NCBI GenBank assembly: GCA_002633005.1 | Contig: NMRA01000766.1 | Coordinates: 80,978 to 144,977, forward strand | Origin: Phoronis australis | Lineage: Eukaryota; Animalia; Phoronida | DNA length: 64,000 nt | Direction of reading: 5' to 3' | Shown: positions 37,001 to 48,235 of the stretch, piece by piece | How positions within the stretch are numbered: the stretch's first letter is position 1 | Layout: every line of letters begins with the position of its first letter | Notes under the pieces: generated by a model | Database searches by the model: none | The model's input: the letters and a program-made list of their open reading frames with translations, nothing else | What the model was told of the DNA's origin: nothing | Translations under genes and position numbers: made by a program

Positions 37001-38051
37001 TTCTTTTTTCATTACAATAACCACATCCCAAATTATCAAAGCACCATCTATGATTCCGTGCTTTTTACCCAAAATGCTAGGCGTAAGTAGGATGCTCATC
37101 CCACTACTGCTACGTACATCAAAACCAGTACAAAAATCGTCATTATAATTGACAACATTTTATTGTTACATGAGTTGCAATGCGGACATAAAAATCAGTA
37201 AACCTAAGTGGGAGGGAGGGGATTAACAAATTGCCCATCACTTGTCCCAATCAACTCACAATAGTGCCAGTGGCCATACCTTCCAAAAACTAGGTCAACC
37301 ATACAATGCATTTTTTTCCGAAAAAAATGGAATTTTGGGATGTTGTAATTAAAATATAGTCCTATGACATACCTGTTGAGGGTTTTCCAGTTTTCTTGTT
37401 TTTGTTGGCCAGCGTTTGCAGGCGTGTAATTGTGCAGCTCGACATATCGTGGAAAAAAGTGCCTCACCACTTCAGCAACCATGACTGAAAAATGCACAAA
37501 GGTGTCATTAAAAACCTTACTGACATAACAAAAATCCTAAAATTCTAGATGCTGTGAAACCCGATTTATTTTTAAAAACTTTTTTTTCAGACACTGTCAA
37601 AGAATATAAAAGTTACAACTAAATTTTATAATTAAATGACAGCTATTCTTATTGTTACGTAAGAATCATACAACTTAATGCCAATCCAAAAAGTATTTTT
37701 AAGCACGTATGCTTGGTCCATTCCCAATTTTGTAATTTCTAAGAACGAATGGCTAAGTAAATAAAACTAATAGATGAACCTACTATCCATTGAAACGATA
37801 TAAAATAAAATAACTAGTTCCTTGATGAAAATTGGGTTATGATGACGCCATTCAGAAAAAATACACCGCGAAAGTTAAAACTCATTTGTGTTTACCAAGA
37901 TGACTAAACACCCACCTCCATCGGAAAAATCTCTGGAAACATTTCTCTTTGGCCTAGATAGTGGAATCTCATCTATCCAGCTATAGAGGTCCTGTAGTGT
38001 ATCCTCGTCAATAGGCTCGCCCATAGCCTTGACACCACTCTGGTCAGACAT
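31030..38051 (-). CDS. SPEF1: Sperm flagellar protein 1 (SPEF1/CLAMP) paralog A; CH domain + C-terminal coiled coil
   Basis: Exons 38051-37916 (..LQDLYSWIDEIPLSRPKRNVSRDFSDG), 37484-37373 (VMVAEVVRHFFPRYVELHNYTPAN..NWKTLNR), 33911-33664 (KVFKKLDF..), 33122-33077, 32059-31825 (..EQECLAKQETIQ), 31134-31030 (ILQAKIRRLEQLIHLKDIRIEEL..*). Phases consistent. Alternative ATG at 38024; probable 5' UTR intron 38100-38288. Confidence 0.92.
33828..36978. repeat. ~1.4-kb direct duplication (33828-35230 vs 35585-36978) including the 5' part of SPEF1-A exon 3; second copy starts at a single N
   Basis: Collinear, highly similar sequence with scattered SNPs and indels; partial exon copy 35667-35585 is cut off exactly at N 35584. 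Probably two haplotypes joined in the assembly. Confidence 0.85.
34463..34726. mobile_element. MITE with long (~40-bp) imperfect TIRs; second copy at ~36209-36483 in the duplicated segment
   Basis: ttgaaataatcattattacctatc..gcctagtttttct pairs with agaaaaactaggcaaccgataggtaataaatattatttcaa. Confidence 0.7.
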
Positions 38052-39230
38052 GGACGGCAAGACAAAGACTGTTCTCGTTAATCAAACTGATTGCATCCTC
38101 TGCAGAAATCGTGGAAAATTAAAGACAATTGTCTCAATGCCAGGAAATGAGAGTCTATATAAAAGCAAAATAGCCATGCAGAAAAAATAAAAATCTTAAA
38201 TGTCTCCACAATTTCTACCTTCTACAATACTGCACATCATACAGTCGCCAACCTAATCACAAACCTTTATCTCACCATCAATACTCACCCACCTTATGTT
38301 ACCTGACCCCCCAAGTTTCACATTGCAAACCCACAAAACTCCATTTTCTCTTCCATAGCAGTTCTACGGAATAATCTTCCAGCCCATCCAGATAACTTCC
38401 AGAGAGCTATCCTTCTACGTTAGCTCTACAATTGCACTCTCTCATAAGTGACTGAAGACAAATCTAGACTAAAACCTCTGCCGTGTCTTGTCTAGACCAG
38501 AACAATTGCCTGCGCGACCAGAACAAGTGTCCATTGGCAACTGATTTGTGGGGGCACTTAAGCGTCATTTTAGGACATCACAAGAACCGGAAGAACTCTG
38601 ATCTGAGTAAAATATGAGCATAAAAAATCAATAAATTTTTTTGCAATTCGAAGCAAAATACCAAAACTGTTTTAGACTTCTTTATAATTTCAACACTGCT
38701 CATGCCTTCAAGCGACAGGTAAGATTGTTACGTACAACTTATTAATCAAAAACTGAACAAATGAAAACATCTATTTTTTGATGAATCCGTGCAGACGAGG
38801 AAAGCATGCGTAATCACACTGCTCTGTGATATGCACGTTGTCTGCAGGGATTCAACTTGTTGCTTACACAAATGAAAAAATGAACCAGCGGAGTATTCTT
38901 AGTTTACTCAGATGTTTTTAGTGTAGATTAAGATTTTAGGTCCAACATTTAAAATTAGGTTTTGTGATCGTCCACTAGGGCTGACTTGGGTGAGCTTTGT
39001 TCCTACTTTCACCAAAATCAAAACGAGGCTAGCTATAAAAAAACAGAAAGCGATGGACATTAAAAGCAATTCATCAGCATAAAGTACAGTTATTCCTCAG
39101 GTTTTGCTTAGGGTAAGATTTTGTGAAACGTTTGGTCAGTCAGACCACAGACACTTTTAACCAGCCGCTTGTATGACACTATACTATACAGACCGCCGAG
39201 CGACTGATAAGAGTGCTGGTGGTTACCGTG

Positions 39231-39354
39231 CTGGCACTAGTCGGATATAATGGACCCTGATATGGAGAACCAGTTTCATCCACTAAATAATGACCGTAAT
39301 TCAGTGATTGCCTGGTTCTCTAAATCAGGGTCCACTATATCCGACTAGTGCCAG
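39231..39354. mobile_element. ~124-bp foldback (hairpin) MITE; relatives at 56952-57057 and 58369-58490
   Basis: ctggcactagtcggatataatggaccctga..gagaaccag..ctggttctc..tcagggtccactatatccgactagtgccag is a near-perfect inverted repeat. Confidence 0.8.
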
Positions 39355-39464
39355 AGTGCCTGTGGTAGGACAGTCTGTCTGATTTTTAGGTGCACTTTCG
39401 ACTTGACAACAAGTTTACTTTTCTCTCTCTTCAGTCGAAGTCAAGTATTCCAAAGTGGTTGTCA

Positions 39465-39650
39465 TTCACTTCCTTACATACATTCATTACTGACTAGTGA
39501 AACCGAGTTCAGAGGCTAAGGAGACAATTTTTGTGCAATGATTGATAGTTAGCCAGTAAAGCAAGGATTCGAATCCGGGTCTCCCAAACGGGAGTCCGCA
39601 GGCGAGCACAATCCCACAACTCAAAAGGCACAAACCACTGAGCCACACTG
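39465..39650 (-). mobile_element. tRNA-derived SINE-like element
   Basis: Minus strand: A-box-like gtggctcagtgg and B-box-like ggattcgaatcc, with a simple-repeat-like tail (gaat/gtat/ggaa). Confidence 0.55.
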
Positions 39651-40206
39651 TCTCGGCAAAATTGCCACCGTCTCCCGATATAAGTTGGTTCACCAAAACA
39701 AAAAGTAACATAAGGTTACAATCATTAATATTTTTCCACATAAACAAACAAAATAACCTTAGTATAACATGCTTTGAAAGATTCCTATAACCTTCCCCTT
39801 TTCTTCTGTCAGTTCAGTTTACAGTTTACCCCAGAGACAGGAATCGGAAATGCCAAATCACACGAATACCAATCAAACTTTTAATTGTATTTACCTGAAT
39901 TATACTGTTAAACAAAGTATTGGTATTAAAATGTTCAAATAAACATTTAATAACTAAAATATTCAATACCTTTAACCATAATTTACAAATATATGATTAA
40001 AAAAACTGTATTTTACACGTTTTTTTTGGTGCGTAGTGCGTTTCTCCGCAACAAGGTAACAACCTTTTCACCTATGACGTTTTGTGTGTTGGTCAATAAA
40101 CTTGTTGGCTTTTGTTCAATAATCCTTTCGCGTAGGACGTCGTGAACTTTTCACAGGGATTAATTACATTTTAAAGCTGGCCTTTCTCGAGAGCAACGAT
40201 GAGAAA

Positions 40207-43200
40207 ATGTCGGACTGGGAGGTGGACGACGAGGAAATTCTCAAAGAACTATACGAATGGGTAGATGAAGTGCCTTTGTCTCGACCCAAGAAAAATATCA
40301 GTCGGGATTTCTCTGATGGTGGTAAGACTCTCTCTCGAATTGACAAGCTTGATGTTCTTCAAAACTTACAAAAATTGTTCTGTTGATATGGTATCCCACA
40401 AAATATTTTATAGCTTAACATTATCTCCTGAGGCTGGGACCTCAGAAACTGAAAAAGGGGAAGATGAAGTTCCGAAGTACCCAGCTGATCCTAGGCAATG
40501 ACTAAACTGATGCACGCCACAGTTCACACCCATCTCGCTGGCATCCCACCTGACTCCAGGGCCCTCTTTTTAACGTAATTAAAATATCCTAGCCATTCAA
40601 TAAGCTTTGACAAATGCTAATGGAGTGTATTTTTCAATCACTATATTAGTAGAATACCACTGACCTAAACCAGTGACATTCTTAAACCAAACCAAGTCTG
40701 CACAGTACGGTTGGATAACAATTTATAGGAACATGAGACTGAGTAACATTACCAGTTTTCTAAAACATAAATCCCTCTTACATTATTTTCCTTGAATTCT
40801 GAATATAGAGTTAAGACTACTGCCAATGACGTCATTGTATCTTTTTTTACTGAAATGGCTGTGTTGCTTTCAATGAACGAATATTTGTATAATTAGTTCC
40901 ATGTATGTTCATGTGATTGTTTGAATCAGAGCATTACATGAGATATTGGATTAAAATTAAACATTTTCCTGAATGTGTTTCATAATTTTAGCTTGCAATT
41001 TATGACCTTGCATGTTTATGTATTTTATCTGAAATTCTACTGTGGGTGTCCACCTGGGAGTCCTTAATTAACTGACCAGTAATGTCTACCTGTGTTATGT
41101 AGTCAGTAGGGGAGCTAATCAGTAATGTCTACCTGTGTTATGTAGTCAGTAGGGGAGCTAATCAGTAATGTCTACCTGTGTTATGTAGTCAGTAGGGGAG
41201 CTAATCAGTAATCAATAGAATACAATTGAAAATCAATTCTTTTCAGGTGAAGCAGGCTCTGTTTGATGCTCTTACTAAACAATTATGGCATTAAGATTTT
41301 ACCCTGAATTATGATGCATTTTATGAAAAATGTAAAGTAGGTTTCTTTGTGCATCACTTTCGCTTAACATGGAATTTAATGTTTTGTGTGCAATGTTACT
41401 CTATTTGCTGTGTACAAGTTGTGTGAATTTTTTCAGTTATGGCGGCTGAGATAGTGAATCATTACTTTCCACGCTTTGTTGAGATGCACAACTACTCCCC
41501 TGCGTCAAGTGTTAAACAAAAATCAAAAAACTGGGATATGCTTAACAGGTACTTTGGCACTGGCCAAGTTTAAAGCCACGCTCTCAGTTACTCTGTGAAA
41601 GTTAGATTTTGGCATACTGGACTTTGTCGGATAGTTTTGACTGGGCATTTCTCGGTTCAGTCCTATCCAAAATATGACGGCAATTCATCAAGATGTCCGC
41701 AGTTCATGAACTGTAAAAGTATTTGTAAATCCCATGGAGTGAGAATAAAGTCAAATCAAAATCAGTAAACGAGCTAGGAACATTAGCTATCCCTGTAAAA
41801 ATGTTAAGGATATATTCTTGACAAAAACAGAGATGTTTAATGATAGCTCGCTGTGTGCTATAGGCTTACAGCTTATAGTGAAAATTTATGTCAAGACTGA
41901 AATGTCCAGTGACATCTTCTACAGTCGTAACTGATGGCCTGGTGTGTGGTTTGGGTTATCCTGAGTGGCAATTATTAATTATTGTGAAGTTCACCCTCTT
42001 ATTATTTCTGTGTGGTTTTGTTTGCAGTCATGGTTGCCGAGTTACTGCATCATTATTTCCCTCACTTAGTTGATGTACATAACTACACCCCAGCTAACGC
42101 CACAAAACAGAAGTTAGAAAACTGGTATTTGTTGGGCAGGTGAGTATATGTTTGCCTGCAACTTCAGGTGAATCTCTTTGTAGAAGTCTTCAGCTATAAG
42201 TCACTAAGACACGGTCTTTCACTGTGACCTGTTAATTGTACCATTTTTGCAAGTTTAGTTGTAATATGGAAATAAATTAATGTTTCTGAGCATTTACAAA
42301 TTATCAGTTCTTCCCAAGCTCCAAAATAACAACTCCTTGCCTAATTAAGGAACAATTCAAAACCAGATTTATAGTTTTAAGTGGTCCAAATCAAAAACAA
42401 TTTTCTGATTGTCGGTATTACCTTATAATAGCTTTAAATACTGAATACTTTTGCAAAAAAATTTCTCCTTGTTTGTTTGTTGAGTGGGATTTTTTGTTTT
42501 ATTTTCAAGATTTTTTTTCTGAACAAACGTCATTTCAGCCTCAGAATAAACTTCTCATTTTGATTGGTAAATATATCAATCAAATAAAAAGTAATGTTAC
42601 TATTTTAGGTTTTTTAAGATTTGTTTACTGCTATGTTTTGTTTGCTGAGTACTGTAAATCTTCTCACTTGTTTATCATACAATATGACCGTCAAGTGAAT
42701 TCTGTTTTGTCAAATTTCTTCACCAAAATAAAGATTAAGAAAACGTTTCTAGCTTAGTTTGTACTGTTTAGATGTCATAATATAACATTTGGTGAAGTTT
42801 GCACTATTTTTAAGTAATCAGCCTTTTAAAAATGGAAAAATGAAAATTTTGGCGATTATTTTTGTGCGAAAGAAGCGAAGAATTAGCGTTACATATTTAA
42901 GTCTCCGTTGCAACTTTTTATTGTAAAAAGGAATGACTGTTTTGTTGACAAATACCTAGTTAATAAAAATACTTTATAAATCACAAGTGATTGATTAAAT
43001 TGGGGTGCCAGTTGACACCAGTGAGATCAATAGAATGTTACCGTGGTTACCTTACTGCCATCAATAAGTGGCTTGAGTACACCCTGGGATTGTGAGTGCC
43101 TGTATTGATTTATTGCCTGTTGTGTGTCTTGGTTTAATGAATTAACTTGAGATGTACCGGGATTTTCTGAGTAATCCTTCGGGCATAACAGAAAAGGAAC

Positions 43201-46200
43201 TATATTGTCTTACAAGTAATGCAAATGATTGTTGGGGATTTCTTTAAGAAATGGGGACATTTTGAGTGGAAAATTCAAAAACGTCTAATTAAGCTGTCTT
43301 AGCATATCTGGAGAATCCTACATGAGTCTCAGGTTTATGACATGGGCAAAATCTCTTGGAAATTTTGTCGAAATCTCCAGGCTTGGGATTTTGACAAAAT
43401 TTCTAAAAGGTTTTGCCCATGTCATAAACCTGAGGTGAGTGTAGGATTTGTTTTCTCACATGAACCATAAAAACAGTCTTTTTTAGCCGAAAAACTCGAC
43501 GTTTCTAAAACTTTTAACCACTGACATGACGCAACTTTTGTTAAAACACGCTTGAGCAATTAAACTCAGTTACTTTTTGTTAGTTGTTTTATTTTAAATT
43601 GAACAATTGTAAATTGCATTCAGCTTTCGTAGGATCAAATAAATCGTCTTTGAAGTTTTAATATTAAAACTTATCAAATATTTATGAATAACAGTCAGCA
43701 GGGCTTCCCACCTGTGAGCACTGAACTGACCTTGACTGAGACAACACAGCTAGACAGTCTCACTGTGTTTCTCGAGTTGGGGTTCGTCTCTTTTGAGTGA
43801 ACGCGGATATGGAATTGGCTGCCATTTTAGAAGTTGTTTAGTATGTCTTTCTGACTGGGAGTACGTACAGTTGCGACATTTGATTTTTCAGTCATATTCA
43901 TGGAAGTCTGGCATTGTTTGGTTGGCGCGTGTTTGGTTGTTGGTATTAGTTTTGCAGACGATGAAATGTAAATCGTGGATTTCTACTTTGCCCTACTTTG
44001 TGATTCGCCCATGTAATATCAAAAATTACGTACTCGGTGTTATTAACCAGTCGTGTCGTAACACATTCCAGGTCTTGTGAGAAAATATTATAAATTTAAA
44101 TGTCTAAGTCTGGCTTAGTTAGAAACATTATAGTCAGCTAGCTGGCTTGTCACTGGCACAATGTAATAATTACTATTGTTATGATAAAATCCCACCAATT
44201 TCTGACGAAATTTTCTTCCACAATTGCTGTCTTTTTCATACTTGAAGGCTGCTATCAACTTTGTTGAGACTACAAAGAAAAGGTCAAAATATGGTCTGAT
44301 GGTATTATGCAGAACTTAACTCTTATTGTGGTGCTACTTAATATCTTTTAGAAAAAAAACAGGAACAAAATTTCATCGGTTGGCCATATTTTGTCCTAAA
44401 ATGGTCAAATTTTATTGTTAACACTAGAAGTAATGTTGTTAATAAGTGATGTTATTTTACTTTCCATATTACAGGAAAGTGTTCTGCAAGCTGGACTTTG
44501 TGGTTGACAATGATCTCATCCGTAGTATAGTGGACTGCAAGCCTGGAATTATTGAGCGGGTTCTGTTAATGTTGAGGCAGAAGATTGACACACGTTTGTA
44601 TGAAGCGGACCATCAGAACAAGAGCTCTAACTCTATGGTTGGTGATGGTGAGCTGGAGCAACAACACAAGAAAGGAAAAGGAAGGAAGAAGGCGTTAGAG
44701 GGTGAGTCTTATGCTAGGTTCATGAGCCGGAGTGGCCAAAGCGCTAGCAGTTCCACTGGCTAAAGACACTCTCAGATGAGCTGTCTGCGAAGGGGTAAAT
44801 TTTTCCTGCCGTTGGTTTGTTGTTTCCTAGCACCACACCCGAGTTGCTTTTGAACAAAGATTGATGTTGAAACATGTTCACTCTCTGCGACAAATTGATT
44901 GAGGTGATGATAGAACAATGGCCCCATACACCTGGAGTGTGTAAACTAAACGATTTGGCTACAGTGCTTGTGAAAACCCTGGCTGTTAAAGGTAACTCAA
45001 ACCTCCAGCAAAGGGCCAGCAAAAGTAACCCTTGAAAGTCTTCAGATTACTGGCCTTTTCGGTGCTAGTTTGGTGCTAGCAAAAGTAGTAGCGAAAACAT
45101 TTTCAAATTTATAGAACTAAACAATGCAAAATAAATCCAACTGAGGAAATATAATCCTCACATTTCAAAAACCTTAAGGGGGTTTAACAATATTTGTGAT
45201 TTTTTTGGTTTGTTCAATATTTGTAAATGTTAACCATTTTCAAATATATAGTGAAAACGGAGCTGAGGAGCTAGAGACCTGACTCAAGGGTCCAGCAGTG
45301 TGCCCCAGTGGGACTCGAACCCGTGACCTTGAGCAAAGGAAGCGTACATTTATCCCACTAGGTCACACTGCCTCCCCTATAAGGGAATTGGAAAGGGGAT
45401 ATATTTTTATGTGAAATTTACTTATGGTGTTCTTTAATTCTGTAAAGTATCTCTTGGTGTTGGTAGAAATCAATTGCTAACAAATACAAATGAAATTGTT
45501 TCAGACTCCAGTCCAAGAGGAAAGAATTCGAGGGCAGCTGCAGTTCCTGTTGTCAAGACAGAAAAACCAACGGGGTAGGTTTGTTGTCTCACAAAGTGTC
45601 ATGCCTCAAATGCTTAAAGTTTATGCTCAATGCCAGCTGCTTTGTTACGTTACAGCTTTCCACTTCAAAAAATCCACTGCTGGATTAGGCATGGGTCTGT
45701 GTCCATATTTGTATGTACTGCAAGAATCAACAAATCTGCACAAAGAATTAAATCAACATCCTAAATCACTATGTCTATATCTAAACTTGCTTTGAGGTGG
45801 TGATGTGATAACATCATTTGTAAAATCTACTGGTCTGTTTACACTAACCTCTAGCCTGTTTACAGTGTCAATATAAATAGGCTAGAGTTTGGTGTAAATA
45901 GACCAATAGATTTTAGTGTGTCAATTAAATCGTCAAGTAACTGTGAGGGGTGGTCGTAAAATGCAGAATGAAATATTGATCATTTGCGCTTAGACATGAA
46001 AATATGTTCCGAACAGCTCGTTGCTTACCAAGGTAAAAATAATTTCAAATTAGGGATATTTTTACACATTGTTTTGTCTTGTGACTTGAGAATGGGTTGA
46101 GGTTATATTGCAAGCATTTGTGGCAATGTTACTGTCAAATATTTTGCAGTTGTAATAGGCTCAGTCAGTTTTCATGGACTATTTGATATTATTATTGGCC

Positions 46201-46845
46201 CAGCGTTTAATACCAAAAAAATCAACATTGCTCAGTTAGTAAACTGCAGAATTGGCCATTTTGGAATCAAAGATTTTTTTATTGATTGGTGTCAAAATGT
46301 TTCTAATCATATTCCAACTCAGCACTGCATCTGTCATCACATTTTGTGGCTGAAAGATTGAGTCAGACATATTTGGTGAAAATCAGCAATTGTGCATTGA
46401 TGTCCATCTTTTTGCTTAACCTTACATAAGGCCTATAGACCTCCATGTGGAAGACCAGCATGAGGTTTAATAAACCTCTGGTGGATTCCTGCTGTGCAGC
46501 AACAGGTTAGCACCAGAACAACATTGGACATAACTGCTATCTTGTAGCATAAGCTTTCATAAAGTCTGTAGCCTTGAACATTATAAACAAAAACTGCAGG
46601 CGAATTCCCAATATGTAATAACAGGTTAGTGCATGATGATGCCAAGGGTAGTGGGGTAAAAATATGTCTTGCGTTTTTCTTGCAAAAAGTATTGTATCAC
46701 ATGCTTTTTTGTTTCTAGAATCCCAGTCAAAAAACAGCCAGCCCAAGATTTGAAACTCCATGTGAAGGGAGCAGACGACTATGTGTCACGTATTTTGTAT
46801 GAAGAAAAAGAACAGGAGTGTTTATCGAGAGAGGAGACTATTCAG
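40207..46845 (+). CDS. SPEF1: Sperm flagellar protein 1 (SPEF1/CLAMP) paralog B, 3' exon missing (probably in N gap); alternative exon 2a/2b
   Basis: Exons 40207-40321 (MSDWEVDDEEILKELYEWVDEVPLSRPKKNISRDFSDG), 41437-41548 or 42028-42139, 44475-44701 (KVFCKLDFVVDNDLIRSIVDCKPGIIERVLLMLRQKI), 45505-45574, 46719-46845 (..LYEEKEQECLSREETIQ). Same intron phases as paralog A. Confidence 0.9.
41077..41211. repeat. 43-bp minisatellite x3 in SPEF1-B intron 1
   Basis: cagtaatgtctacctgtgttatgtagtcagtaggggagctaat repeated three times. Confidence 0.9.
41437..41548 (+). CDS. SPEF1: SPEF1-B exon 2a (mutually exclusive candidate)
   Basis: tttcag|..|gtactt; 112 nt; VMAAEIVNHYFPRFVEMHNYSPASSVKQKSKNWDMLNR. Confidence 0.85.
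42028..42139 (+). CDS. SPEF1: SPEF1-B exon 2b (mutually exclusive candidate)
   Basis: tttgcag|..|gtgagt; 112 nt; VMVAELLHHYFPHLVDVHNYTPANATKQKLENWYLLGR. Confidence 0.85.
43314..44085. mobile_element. Probable non-autonomous repeat with ~135-bp terminal hairpin (43314-43448)
   Basis: aatcctaca..ctcaggtttatgacatgggcaaaa..ttttgcccatgtcataaacctgag..tgtaggatt is a long inverted repeat; ttttctcaca (43451) and tgtgagaaaa (~44076-44085) form a second inverted pair. Family not identified; boundaries uncertain. Confidence 0.55.
45258..45377 (-). mobile_element. tRNA-derived SINE 5' fragment
   Basis: Minus strand ggggaggcagtgtgacctagtgg..aaggtcacgggttcgagtccc (A/B boxes), followed by a non-tRNA core (..ggacccttgagtcagg..). 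Confidence 0.65.
45821..45915. repeat. ~95-bp imperfect palindrome (small foldback element)
   Basis: taaaatctactggtctgtttacact.acctctagcct..aggctagag.ttggtgtaaatagaccaatagatttta. Confidence 0.7.
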
Positions 46846-47241
46846 GTAATTTGCAAAATAATCTATAGGCATGTGAAGCTCAATGAGCTCTTCAGTCAAC
46901 AATAAATTTAGGTGAAAGTTTCCAAGACTGAATGGTAATTTTATAGTGCATCTTTTTGCAAATATCTCCTAGTAGACGAGGAATTTATTGCAGAAGTTTC
47001 TATATGCAAACATTTCTTCAGTTGACAGACAATTCTGTGAAGTTTTGTAGGAACAGTTATTGTAGTATATAGTCATGTAGTGAGGGATTCTTGGAAGCTC
47101 TTGTAAACACTGGAGTTAAAGCACAACTACAGTCGTAGTACTCACACGTTCTCTACGGCTTACTGCATGTAGTGAAGTGTCACGGATAGTTGATCTTCTT
47201 AAAAAAGAACCCCTCTCCTCTTTGTTCTCACCCCCACCTCC

Positions 47242-47965
47242 NNNNNNNNNNNNNNNNNNNNNNNNNNNNNNNNNNNNNNNNNNNNNNNNNNNNNNNNNNN
47301 NNNNNNNNNNNNNNNNNNNNNNNNNNNNNNNNNNNNNNNNNNNNNNNNNNNNNNNNNNNNNNNNNNNNNNNNNNNNNNNNNNNNNNNNNNNNNNNNNNNN
47401 NNNNNNNNNNNNNNNNNNNNNNNNNNNNNNNNNNNNNNNNNNNNNNNNNNNNNNNNNNNNNNNNNNNNNNNNNNNNNNNNNNNNNNNNNNNNNNNNNNNN
47501 NNNNNNNNNNNNNNNNNNNNNNNNNNNNNNNNNNNNNNNNNNNNNNNNNNNNNNNNNNNNNNNNNNNNNNNNNNNNNNNNNNNNNNNNNNNNNNNNNNNN
47601 NNNNNNNNNNNNNNNNNNNNNNNNNNNNNNNNNNNNNNNNNNNNNNNNNNNNNNNNNNNNNNNNNNNNNNNNNNNNNNNNNNNNNNNNNNNNNNNNNNNN
47701 NNNNNNNNNNNNNNNNNNNNNNNNNNNNNNNNNNNNNNNNNNNNNNNNNNNNNNNNNNNNNNNNNNNNNNNNNNNNNNNNNNNNNNNNNNNNNNNNNNNN
47801 NNNNNNNNNNNNNNNNNNNNNNNNNNNNNNNNNNNNNNNNNNNNNNNNNNNNNNNNNNNNNNNNNNNNNNNNNNNNNNNNNNNNNNNNNNNNNNNNNNNN
47901 NNNNNNNNNNNNNNNNNNNNNNNNNNNNNNNNNNNNNNNNNNNNNNNNNNNNNNNNNNNNNNNNN
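47242..47965. other. Assembly gap (724 N), probably hiding the last SPEF1-B coding exon
   Basis: Run of N preceded by a pyrimidine-rich tract; the expected ILQAKIRRLE-type terminal exon is not found elsewhere on the + strand. Confidence 0.9.
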
Positions 47966-48235
47966 NTGAATTGTGAGGGATTGTAAATATCACAATTGAG
48001 GAGAGTTTGATTGAATTGTGAGGGATTGTAAATATCACAATTGAGGAGAGTTTGATTGAATTGTGAGGGATTGTAAATATCACAATTGAGGAGAGTTTGA
48101 TTGAATTGTGAGGGATTGTAAATATCACAATTGAGGAGAGTTTGATTGAATTGTGAGGGATTGTAAATATCACAATTGAGGAGAGTTTGATTGAATTGTG
48201 AGGGATTGTAAATATCACAATTGAGGAGAGTTTGA
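47966..48235. repeat. 45-bp tandem repeat, at least 6 identical copies, abutting the gap
   Basis: tgaattgtgagggattgtaaatatcacaattgaggagagtttgat x6. Confidence 0.95.

Noticed and set aside
45258-45377. tRNA gene
   Set aside because: A/B boxes are present, but I could not fold a convincing cloverleaf and a SINE-like core follows; the same applies to ~39560-39650.
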